Source of the DNA: Candidatus Electrothrix sp. GW3-4
GTDB lineage: Bacteria > Desulfobacterota > Desulfobulbia > Desulfobulbales > Desulfobulbaceae
Assembly (NCBI RefSeq): GCF_037902255.1
Contig: NZ_CP147990.1
Coordinates: 1,350,001-1,382,000, forward strand
Length of the DNA: 32,000 nucleotides
Reading direction: 5' to 3'
Each line of letters begins with the position of its first letter. The stretch's first letter is position 1. Below, in pieces: positions 23,422 to 31,616 of this stretch. A program made the position numbers and the translations under genes. The notes under the pieces were generated by a model. It had not been told where the DNA came from. It was given only the letters and a program-made list of their open reading frames with translations, and ran no database searches.

Positions 23422-25086
23422 CTACCATTTTGGGTCAAGATTATAGCTCAGTGCTTTGATTTTATAACTTCTGTCCTCTTTGACGAGGAAGAAGGTAAGG
23501 GTGCCGCTGTTCGACCTGATTCTGCCTAGATTATAGGTGAGCTGGACATGGAAACGGCCTGTCAGGGTAGCCCTTGCGCCTTCTTCTTGTATATCTGTGC
23601 CCTGGAGGTCAATGGTATAATCTATGGATTGGGTCGCCTTGAAAAGTTGCTTGTATTTGATACGCATCTTGGCAAAGGGCCTCCCGTTCTCCAGAGCACT
23701 GTCTGTAAAGAAAAGAGAAAATTTTTTGATATCTCTACTCATATAGGCTGCTGTATAGCTCTGAACAAATTTTCGGAGAGAGCCAAGGACCGACATACTC
23801 GGGTCATCCTTTTGGGCACCAGCTTCTGCCCCCTTTTTTTTCGAATTTTTTCGAATTTTTTTGAGGTTTGCTTTGACCACAGGAACCTTCTGGTAAGGTG
23901 CTTTGGAAAAGAGCGAGCTGGTCTCTTTCTGCCGTGGTGGCGGTTGATGCGCTCCTGCTGGAATCTCCTTTTGTGGTGTTTTGAGTGGGGTTTTGAAAGA
24001 ACTTTCCTGGCTTAAAATGTCTGCAAAAGGTCTGTTATCCTCTTTCTTGGTTGGAACGGACATGTCTGTAACGGGCATATCTGTAACGCGCTCAGGTTCT
24101 TGGGCGGAACCTTGTTTCTTCTCCATGGGGTGGCGCGGGGCATTGGCAAGAGAGAGCGGTGATGTGAATCTTTCGGCATCAACCTTGTTCTTCATCTCTG
24201 GAATAAGGGACTGAACGTGGTTTATGCTTGCTGTCCTGACAGAAAGAGCTGGCAGATCTCCCTGAGAAATACGCGGAGGCGACAGATCTTCTGCTTCTTT
24301 TCCTACGGCCACAGTAGGGGCCTGTGGCTCTGACTCTATTTCCTTTCGTTGTACTTTTCGTTGTACATCAGCGTCCTCTGGGGAGTTCGCCTTATGAGCA
24401 GATGGTTGTATCGTGCCTACTGGCCTTGTGGCTTGCGCTGGAGCAGTCTCTTGAGGGGATGCTGTTTTTTTTGTGCTGATATTATGGAGCATGGCTCGTT
24501 TTTGATAGTGAATCGAAATGCTCACGATAACAAGGACGATAGCCGCACTGACGAGGGAAAAGAAATACAGGTACTTTTTTTTTCGCTGCTGCCGAGGGGG
24601 ATTTTTTTTTCGGTACCTCCACGCTGAAGAAGAAGGAGGGGGATTATTTTGGCTCTGATTTTTGGCATCAGCACTGTTTAAAATGCGCTGGTAGGCCTTG
24701 GTTATTTCGATGAACTGCGTTGTATTGCTTTGGCCTGAGGTGTCAGGGTGGTATTGCAGACTGAGCCTTCTGAAGGCCTGCTTCACCTCTGCAATACTGG
24801 CTCCTGCTTGGAGGCCGAGGAGCTTGTGATCGTCACTAATGTCTTCTGGGGGCGAAAAAATGCTCTGAATATGTTGAAGCTCGCGCGCCAGGTGGGCCAA
24901 CGATATATGATGTATCTGGCAACAAGCCTGAATTTTTTTCAGCTCTTTTTTGTTATTGCGGGCTATTTTCTTTTGTAGTGCAGAACAGGCTGCGGTGATT
25001 GCATCGTCTTCTGCAATAAAAAAAATGAGCTCCTCGGTGGAAGGACGCGAGGCTATTTTTTGGATAACGCGTTGTTCGGCCTGCAT
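23422..25086 (-). CDS. Membrane-anchored J-domain (DnaJ-like) protein with a long low-complexity linker and a C-terminal NTF2/SnoaL-like domain
   Basis: 554 aa. J domain 'LLGLQAGASIAEVKQAFRRLSLQYHPD' with HPD. One TM ('YLYFFSLVSAAIVLVIVSISI'). Pro/Lys/Gln-rich linker. A C-terminal ~120-aa alpha+beta domain ('VQSYTAAYMSRDIKKFSLFF...'). Its ATG shares one nt with the upstream stop (TAATG). Confidence 0.7.
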   Translation of the reverse strand: MQAEQRVIQKIASRPSTEELIFFIAEDDAITAACSALQKKIARNNKKELKKIQACCQIHHISLAHLARELQHIQSIFSPPEDISDDHKLLGLQAGASIAEVKQAFRRLSLQYHPDTSGQSNTTQFIEITKAYQRILNSADAKNQSQNNPPPSSSAWRYRKKNPPRQQRKKKYLYFFSLVSAAIVLVIVSISIHYQKRAMLHNISTKKTASPQETAPAQATRPVGTIQPSAHKANSPEDADVQRKVQRKEIESEPQAPTVAVGKEAEDLSPPRISQGDLPALSVRTASINHVQSLIPEMKNKVDAERFTSPLSLANAPRHPMEKKQGSAQEPERVTDMPVTDMSVPTKKEDNRPFADILSQESSFKTPLKTPQKEIPAGAHQPPPRQKETSSLFSKAPYQKVPVVKANLKKIRKNSKKKGAEAGAQKDDPSMSVLGSLRKFVQSYTAAYMSRDIKKFSLFFTDSALENGRPFAKMRIKYKQLFKATQSIDYTIDLQGTDIQEEGARATLTGRFHVQLTYNLGRIRSNSGTLTFFLVKEDRSYKIKALSYNLDPKW

Positions 25087-26318
25087 TATTGGAGTGTGTT
25101 ATGAGGGGCGTTTTCGAGAGAGAGGTGAGTAAGCCAAAGGTCGCCGCTGATAAGGCTATCGATTTTTTGACTGGGAAGGCGGCGAAGGCGTATCTCTACC
25201 CCTTGACTGCATTCATCGGGGACTGTAAAGTCCAGTGCGAACGGCGTCCAGTCCTGATTTTCTTCCACCATCTCTGTTGTAAAACGCATGGAACAGTCTT
25301 CGCCAGAAGGTCTTCCTATGACCTCAAGAAAAGGGCGTTGATCAGTGGTCAGGTTCTTGCTGCGTATCTCTCCTGAGAGGGTGAAGCTTTGCCCGGATGA
25401 CAAAGGAACAATCTGTTTTATATGGCGAAAATGAACATTTTCTTTTCCGTTGAAATGGATATGGAGGGCTGTTTTATCCACGTTCTGATTCAGCACCTCA
25501 ACATCAATTTCATTATCAAGTAATCCCTGACTCCAAACCCGCCAGCCAAACCCGCTTTTAACGAGAGGAAAGGAGAATCTTCCGTTATAAAGGAGGGTAT
25601 CGGACGGATAATATTTTTTCCAAATCAAAGCCGCATCGTCAACCTGGTGACTGTTGATCAGGAGGTTGATGTATTGAAGCACCTGGTTGTTGTCAAGCTG
25701 GGCGAAGTCCGTCATTGGCCAGAGGTAAGTGGCTGCAGCTGTATTTTTTTCCCGGATAGCATGGAGAAAGAGCAGGGTCTTGTTTTCACCTCCCATTTCC
25801 TTCACCAGTTCAGCCGGTTCTGGCCAGAGAAAAAAAGCAAAGTTAAGTATTTTTGTTCTCGTTTGGCCGCTGAGATACTCTTGTTGCAGCAGCCAAGAGA
25901 GATCAGCTTTGAGCATATCCTCGCGTCCGAGAAGATAGGCCAGCATTGCCTTTTCCCAGCGCCAGCGAAGAACGCCCTGCATCAGCTGGTCAAGATATTC
26001 GAGTATTTCGAGTGAGCGGCCCGGGTTTCCAACGTCGTTTTCCAACTCAGCCAAGGTGAGCCATGCTGGTATATAAACAGGATTGGCCTGTAAGGACTTT
26101 TGAAGCCATTCTTTGGCGTTTTCGTGATTCCCTTGGAGGATCTCCTCCTTGCCATACTCAACTAACAGCCGAGGTTTGCTTTGGTATTTTTTGATCGCCT
26201 TACTTGGAGAAATATTACTGTACGCTGTTTGGGCAACGAGGGCAATACGCAGCTGATAAAGTGCGATGATAATAAGGCTTAAAAAAAGAGTAACGCGTAG
26301 TAACGTAGAGCAGCGCAT
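25086..26318 (-). CDS. Membrane-anchored TPR-like protein with a C-terminal jelly-roll (CBM4/9-like) domain
   Basis: 410 aa. N-terminal TM anchor. TPR-like helices ('NAKEWLQKSLQANPVYIPAWLTLAELE'). The C-terminal 'GFGWRVW...HIHFNGKENVHFRHIKQIVPL..GQSFTLSGEIRS...DWTPFALDFTVP' is typical of carbohydrate-binding beta-sandwiches. Confidence 0.5.
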   Translation of the reverse strand: MRCSTLLRVTLFLSLIIIALYQLRIALVAQTAYSNISPSKAIKKYQSKPRLLVEYGKEEILQGNHENAKEWLQKSLQANPVYIPAWLTLAELENDVGNPGRSLEILEYLDQLMQGVLRWRWEKAMLAYLLGREDMLKADLSWLLQQEYLSGQTRTKILNFAFFLWPEPAELVKEMGGENKTLLFLHAIREKNTAAATYLWPMTDFAQLDNNQVLQYINLLINSHQVDDAALIWKKYYPSDTLLYNGRFSFPLVKSGFGWRVWSQGLLDNEIDVEVLNQNVDKTALHIHFNGKENVHFRHIKQIVPLSSGQSFTLSGEIRSKNLTTDQRPFLEVIGRPSGEDCSMRFTTEMVEENQDWTPFALDFTVPDECSQGVEIRLRRLPSQKIDSLISGDLWLTHLSLENAPHNTLQ

Positions 26319-26431
26319 AACAGAAGAATACCTTTGCCTTGGACAAGAAAATAATCCGCATTCTTTCCTAAGAGGTGCTGATCACAGCACAGCTCATGGG
26401 ATCTTAAAGGGGGCAATGAAGGGAGAGAGGA

Positions 26432-28741
26432 CTACCCGTCATTGCGAGCTTCTCCATAGTTATAATCGTACTGGTATGCGTAATAACTGTACTTACTATA
26501 TGCCCCATATCCTTTTTGTTTCCCTGTTTTGTTCACGATAGTACCAAGAATCTTGCCGTTAACATTGAGCACAGAGCGTCGGAAATGTTTAACACCATCG
26601 CGCGGGGTATCTCCTTCAACCGTAACGAGAATAAGTCCATCCACCATATTAGCTAACACCAGGATCTCTGCAAATCCTTGAAAAGGAGGGGCGTCAATAA
26701 TAACATGGCTATAATGTTCGCTGACTGTTTTTAAGAGTTCGCGCATCCTGTTTGAGGCTATCAGCTCTGCCGGGTTTGGTGGAAGTGGTCCACTGGAGAT
26801 ATAATCTAACCCCTTATAGTCTGTTTTTTGGATAACTTCCTTCAAGGTACTTATTCCGCTGAGAACGCTGGAAAGCCCCTCGCCTTTTCTTTCCGCATCA
26901 AAGACTCTATGAAGACTGGGCTTTCTCAGGTCCACATCAATAATGAGGCAGTTATCGCCGCTCGAAAGGTAGGAGAGCGCTGTGTTCGTGGACAAAGAAC
27001 TTTTACCAGCACCTGGCAGAATACTGGTCACAAGAATTGTTTTTGGCGGATGCTCTGCCGCCGAAAGATCAATTGAGGTGATCGCTGTACGAATTGATTC
27101 CGCAACAGGTGAGCGCGGATCGGTGTATGATTTCAAGGCCATATCCTTCCGTTTATTTACACACTCCTTGTCAAAAGGAATAAGCCCCAGCACAGGAATA
27201 TGGAATCTTTCGATCAGTTCTTCAGGATTTTTAATAGTATCATCAAGATATTCTAGAAGAAAGGCAAGGCCTACACCGCAAAACAGGCCCAGCAAGAGGC
27301 CTAACAGTAAATTACGAGCGACTTTTGGACTGGAAGGATACAAGGGAACCCTGGAGCGGTCGACGATATTAATATTTGTAACAGCTGCGCCGAGGGTGGC
27401 CTCAATTTCTTTTGCTCGCTGCAAAAGGCTTTCATAGATCCCCTTATTGGTTTCTGTCTCCCGAAGAAGTATCTTATACTGGGTGGCTCTGTCGTTCAGT
27501 TCAATAGCCTTTTGTTTTTGCTCCTCTGCTTTCTCCTCCAAGTACTCTTGCTTTTTTCGTGCAGCTTCATAATCATTTTTTATTGATTCGATAATAAAAT
27601 GTTTTTCTTCTCGAATCCGCTGCGTAATGTCATCTATTTTGGCCTTGAGCTGCTGCATCTTGGGATATGCAGGCTTAAAGGTGGTGGAAAGATCCTGATA
27701 TTCTCCTGCCAGGAGGGAATGTTCCGCCTTAAGGTTTTTAATGAGATCGTCCTGGAGGATCTGCGGTAGATTTTGGTTGTCTTTGCTAATAGCCTGCTGG
27801 TAAAGGGATTCTTTACTAATACGCTCAGCACGGGACTTGGCCAAGGCGTCGTTGAGCTCCTCCAATTGGCGCATAATCAAATTGAGCTTTGGGTCCATTG
27901 AAACCAAACCGGCTTGGCGCGAAAAATTATTGAGTTCTTTTTCAGACTGTTCCAGCTTGATTTGAGCTGCCTGTATTTGTTTTTCCAGGAATTGAGCGGC
28001 ATTTTCTGATGATTGCATATTTGTGTCCATGAGCATCTGGACAAATTCCTCCATAGCTGTGTTCACTATGTCGGCGGAAAGCTGAGGGTCGGGAGATTCT
28101 ATGCTCAGCTGAATGAGCTCGCTATTGCGCACTGGAGAGATTTTAAGGCCATCTTGAAGTTTTTTTACAACGTCATCGGTAAGTAAGCGTTTTTTCCCTT
28201 CTGGAGTTAAATTTTCATCTGTCTCGGAGCTAAAGCGAATAAGGTTGCGGATTGAAGAGAGGGTGAGCTGCACAAGTGAAGCAAATGAGGCCCCCTCATC
28301 TTGTTCACTTTTAATTTCTTCATTAAAAAAAGGATTTGTTAAGAGGTTAAGCTTGTCGATGAGGCGTATGGACAGTTGTTCACTTTCCAGGAGATTGACT
28401 TGGGTTTGCTGGAACTCCATAGACTTGAGAACATTTGTCTGGATGTCTTCAAAGCTGGTGAGCTGGCCCTGTGAGGCTGAAGCCTTGAGAGTTCCCTTTC
28501 CTTGAAAAAGCGGGGTACTTGTCAGGGTGACGAGCGTTGTCGCGGAAAAAATAAAAAGGAGGCAGAGAAGAATAACCCATTTGCGGCGGATAATAACATC
28601 AAGGTAATCTCGTAAGTGGATTTCCTCATCCTGCATAGGAGCAACTGTTTCCTGGTAGTCGAGCGAGGGAAGATTCTGATTTCCTCTGGTAGAGCCGACG
28701 ATTATTTGCCGTTCTAAGTCATTTAACTGTGGTTGGTTCAT
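26432..28741 (-). CDS. Polysaccharide co-polymerase / BY-kinase (Wzc/GumC/EpsB-type tyrosine autokinase)
   Basis: 769 aa. N-terminal Wzz-like region with two TM helices flanking a long coiled coil. Kinase Walker A 'LPGAGKSSLS', A' 'LIIDVDLRKP' and B 'VIIDAPP'. C-terminal Tyr cluster 'GYGAYSKYSYYAYQYDYNYG'. Confidence 0.9.
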   Translation of the reverse strand: MNQPQLNDLERQIIVGSTRGNQNLPSLDYQETVAPMQDEEIHLRDYLDVIIRRKWVILLCLLFIFSATTLVTLTSTPLFQGKGTLKASASQGQLTSFEDIQTNVLKSMEFQQTQVNLLESEQLSIRLIDKLNLLTNPFFNEEIKSEQDEGASFASLVQLTLSSIRNLIRFSSETDENLTPEGKKRLLTDDVVKKLQDGLKISPVRNSELIQLSIESPDPQLSADIVNTAMEEFVQMLMDTNMQSSENAAQFLEKQIQAAQIKLEQSEKELNNFSRQAGLVSMDPKLNLIMRQLEELNDALAKSRAERISKESLYQQAISKDNQNLPQILQDDLIKNLKAEHSLLAGEYQDLSTTFKPAYPKMQQLKAKIDDITQRIREEKHFIIESIKNDYEAARKKQEYLEEKAEEQKQKAIELNDRATQYKILLRETETNKGIYESLLQRAKEIEATLGAAVTNINIVDRSRVPLYPSSPKVARNLLLGLLLGLFCGVGLAFLLEYLDDTIKNPEELIERFHIPVLGLIPFDKECVNKRKDMALKSYTDPRSPVAESIRTAITSIDLSAAEHPPKTILVTSILPGAGKSSLSTNTALSYLSSGDNCLIIDVDLRKPSLHRVFDAERKGEGLSSVLSGISTLKEVIQKTDYKGLDYISSGPLPPNPAELIASNRMRELLKTVSEHYSHVIIDAPPFQGFAEILVLANMVDGLILVTVEGDTPRDGVKHFRRSVLNVNGKILGTIVNKTGKQKGYGAYSKYSYYAYQYDYNYGEARNDG

Positions 28742-28962
28742 AGCAGTTATTCAACGGTTTCTAATAAAAACTAAAAATAGTTTTACAAATTGATAGGTAG
28801 AGTTATCTCTGTTTGCCCAGTAATAATTGATGAAGATTTGTATAGGATACTGCTTTTGTAGTTTTGCACCAAGATTTTTTTCATGAGTACGCTCATTGTT
28901 ATTCTTTATATGAAAGTACCGGCTGGCTGCTCTCAGCCCGCTGGGATGGGAGTTTATACGAA

Positions 28963-28998
28963 AATGCCTGGACGACTCATCCAAGCCGCCCAGGCATT
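28963..28998 (-). terminator. Hairpin overlapping the 3' end of the Wzy_C gene (possible terminator separating it from the kinase gene)
   Basis: AATGCCTGG (28963-28971) / CCAGGCATT (28990-28998) with an 18-nt loop. T/A runs flank it on both sides. A 235-nt AT-rich spacer follows before the kinase start. Confidence 0.35.
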
Positions 28999-30470
28999 TT
29001 TCTTTTTTTGTTGGCCCGGCCGCCGGGTCGAGATGGGGGAGGCTTGCTGCTGACGACGTGTGAGGAAAGGCGGGTTCCATGCTGAAGCAGAATAAACAAG
29101 GTGGTAACATAGAGTAAATTAGCCGGTAGACGCCAGCCGAAGTCAACAATACCATGGGCAAGGAAACCGATAATTGCGGCACTTGAGACAAGGGAGACGA
29201 TAGCTGGTGAAGGAAGTCTAGAGAGCTCTTTTCTTGTATAAGGCCATATCTTTTTTATTTGGAGAAAGAGGATAATAATAAGGGCGCAGAGAAAGAAAAG
29301 CGAAAGAGGAAGACCAAGTTCAATGGCAAATTCAAGATAGTCATTATGTGCCCTGTCAAAGGCGATATTTTCTGGGAATTGTTTCAGGTAGATAGCGGAA
29401 AGTAAAATATAAGAACCAATCCCTGTGCCAACGAGCTGGTGATCTTGAAGCATGGGAAGACTGGACAGCCATATGTTGAATCTGGTTTCTCCTCCCTGTT
29501 GAATAAGCATAAAACGGTCGAGTATAGATGTAAAGCCGATTATTGAACCGTAGGATAGAGTGATGAGTATAAAAAATCCAGAGAGAAGAAGCTTGTTTTT
29601 TGCGCTGACAGGAAGTCCAATAAGCAGTATTGAGAGGATAAGGAGCATGGAAAGAGTACCACCTCGCGATTGAGAAAACAGGACAGCCAGCATAATGATA
29701 GAGGCGAGAAAGAGAAACAAAAATCCTCGCAGGCGGTGGGTGCCAACATCGCTGGTGGCTGACTTTCTTTTGTTCCGCTTTTGTTTGTTTTTTTTAGGAG
29801 GGGCTTTGAAGAGGAGAAGCGCTGCCCCCACAGCAAGGGGCCAAATCATATTCAGAAGAGCGGCATATTGATTTTTGTAAATGATGGTCCCTCGAGCCAT
29901 TCCTTTGAACTGTCGTATATCGTTGAGCCAGAGTACACCAAGGTGTGGGTTGGTCGCTTGCAGGAGACCGTATACTGCTTCCAGTATTCCAACCCCTATA
30001 CAGGTAAATAGAATTTTCCTGAGAAATATTCGATCTGATTGAAGTAATTTTTTGAGACTAGCGGCATAAAGAAAGAGCCCTATAAGAAAGGATACCGTCA
30101 GTATCCCTGAAGATGGGTTATATCCGAGCGACGCATAGTGAATATTTGTCTCTGCCAGCTGATTGACGCTCTGTAAAAAGGAGGTACGTGCCGGTGAGAG
30201 GAGGCTGAGCCAGCTCATTGGCAGAGGGATACTAGAGAGGAGTATCCAAAGGACCAAGAAAAAAAACAGGACATGCCCGACAGAAAAAAGACGATGACGC
30301 GTGTAGTTTCTGGCGTTCAGAAGTAACCACCCTCCTAAAGTCAGGAGGGTGAATGCGGTGTATGCCCCTGTGACAAGAGGATGCACGGCCCCAAAAAGAA
30401 AAGGAATTGTTCCCAATAAAAAAAGGACGATGCACTGAGCAGTTTTTGGCAGTTTGAGTTTGTTGCTCAC
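28977..30470 (-). CDS. O-antigen ligase/polymerase family (Wzy_C domain) polytopic membrane protein
   Basis: 497 aa. GTG start overlapping the upstream stop (GTGA). About 11-12 TM helices. 'LFSQSRGGTLSMLL' is typical of the Wzy_C periplasmic loop region. Basic cytoplasmic loop 'KKNKQKRNKRK'. Confidence 0.75.
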   Translation of the reverse strand: MSNKLKLPKTAQCIVLFLLGTIPFLFGAVHPLVTGAYTAFTLLTLGGWLLLNARNYTRHRLFSVGHVLFFFLVLWILLSSIPLPMSWLSLLSPARTSFLQSVNQLAETNIHYASLGYNPSSGILTVSFLIGLFLYAASLKKLLQSDRIFLRKILFTCIGVGILEAVYGLLQATNPHLGVLWLNDIRQFKGMARGTIIYKNQYAALLNMIWPLAVGAALLLFKAPPKKNKQKRNKRKSATSDVGTHRLRGFLFLFLASIIMLAVLFSQSRGGTLSMLLILSILLIGLPVSAKNKLLLSGFFILITLSYGSIIGFTSILDRFMLIQQGGETRFNIWLSSLPMLQDHQLVGTGIGSYILLSAIYLKQFPENIAFDRAHNDYLEFAIELGLPLSLFFLCALIIILFLQIKKIWPYTRKELSRLPSPAIVSLVSSAAIIGFLAHGIVDFGWRLPANLLYVTTLFILLQHGTRLSSHVVSSKPPPSRPGGRANKKRKMPGRLG

Positions 30471-31492
30471 AGCCGCCTGTCAACAGATGGGTTGCGGTAA
30501 TTAATTCCGGTTCCCATAAAACCAAGATCAAATCCTAGGCCTGTCGATAATAGCCCTGAAGTACTTGATTCTGCATAGACAACATCCTGATCTTGGAGCT
30601 TGATCTTGTCACCAAGCCCATCTTGCAGCTCACTGAAGCTCAGGCTGATAATATTACGCTTACCTTCTCCAGTATAGCGAATGAGCTTAATTTTGTCATT
30701 ATCTGCATAGGCTGTCAGGCCTCCTGCTAAAACAATCGCCTCGGTTATGCTCATTTCCCCTTTCAGGGGGTAGGTCCCTGGATTTCTGACTGCACCATCT
30801 ATAAAGCATTTTCCCGCCTCTGGAACAAATATGACATCACCGCCAGCTATGGCAACGTTATAGTTCATATCACCTCGCTTTATAAGCGCATCCAGGTCAA
30901 TAATGTAGTTTTTTACTGCTCCGGTTTTGCGATCCTTTCGAGCTAGATAGGCTATTGATGCTGAATCCTCCGTGACCCCCTGGGCAACGGCAATAATGTC
31001 AAGTAAACGCCGGCCCGAAACATAATCATAGTTACCAGGCATAGTAAAAGAGCCAACAAGGGTTATTTGATCACTTATTTTTTCTTTTACAAAAACAGAA
31101 ACATGAGGGTCTTTTAGGTATTTTTCCTGAAGAAGGAGCTCAATTTTTTCTTCCGCTTCTGCGGCTGTAAGGTTAAAGACTTCTACTTGGTCGAGAATAG
31201 GAAGACTGACATATCCTCTTGAACTCACTCTGGTTTCTGTGTTTAATTCCTCTGATTCAAGAACGTTGACCGTAATAAGGTCTCCTGGCCCCAGTTTGGA
31301 TTCAGCGTCTTCCGGCGGAGCAGTGAGGACTGAATCAAACATATTTTGCTGAACAGTTCTACTTGCCAGCTGATCATCTTGTTGAGTGAATTCTTCAATG
31401 TTAACATTACTTTTAAACTGCTCGTTTGCGCATCCAGAGAGTATTAAAGTAAAAGTAAACAGAAGGCGCAGGATAAACTTTTTTTTGACCAT
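30467..31492 (-). CDS. Polysaccharide export outer-membrane lipoprotein (Wza/Poly_export + SLBB domains)
   Basis: 341 aa. Lipobox 'LILSGC'. The Poly_export motif 'KLGPGDLITVNV' is followed by two SLBB-like repeats ('GSFTMPGNY...', 'GAVRNPGTYPL'). Confidence 0.85.
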   Translation of the reverse strand: MVKKKFILRLLFTFTLILSGCANEQFKSNVNIEEFTQQDDQLASRTVQQNMFDSVLTAPPEDAESKLGPGDLITVNVLESEELNTETRVSSRGYVSLPILDQVEVFNLTAAEAEEKIELLLQEKYLKDPHVSVFVKEKISDQITLVGSFTMPGNYDYVSGRRLLDIIAVAQGVTEDSASIAYLARKDRKTGAVKNYIIDLDALIKRGDMNYNVAIAGGDVIFVPEAGKCFIDGAVRNPGTYPLKGEMSITEAIVLAGGLTAYADNDKIKLIRYTGEGKRNIISLSFSELQDGLGDKIKLQDQDVVYAESSTSGLLSTGLGFDLGFMGTGINYRNPSVDRRL

Positions 31493-31571
31493 TGTAATAA
31501 AAGGTGAAGGAAAACCCTTAGGTAACCTGTTGGTTGTGAATGTGATTGGGTGTTTTTTACAAGGAACGAGA

Positions 31572-31600
31572 GGATAGGCCCCCTCTGGGGCAGCCTATCC
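31572..31600 (-). terminator. GC-rich hairpin just downstream of the edge-truncated gene
   Basis: GGATAGGC (31572-31579) / GCCTATCC (31593-31600) with an inner CCCC/GGGG extension. It starts 17 nt after the stop at 31617. No clear U-run. Confidence 0.35.
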
Positions 31601-31616
31601 GGGATAAGGCCTGCGC

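Noticed and set aside
28751-29191. 146-aa minus-strand ORF spanning the spacer between the Wzc and Wzy_C genes
   Set aside because: It overlaps the 3' end of the Wzy_C gene in another frame. The sequence has poor coding character and no SD.
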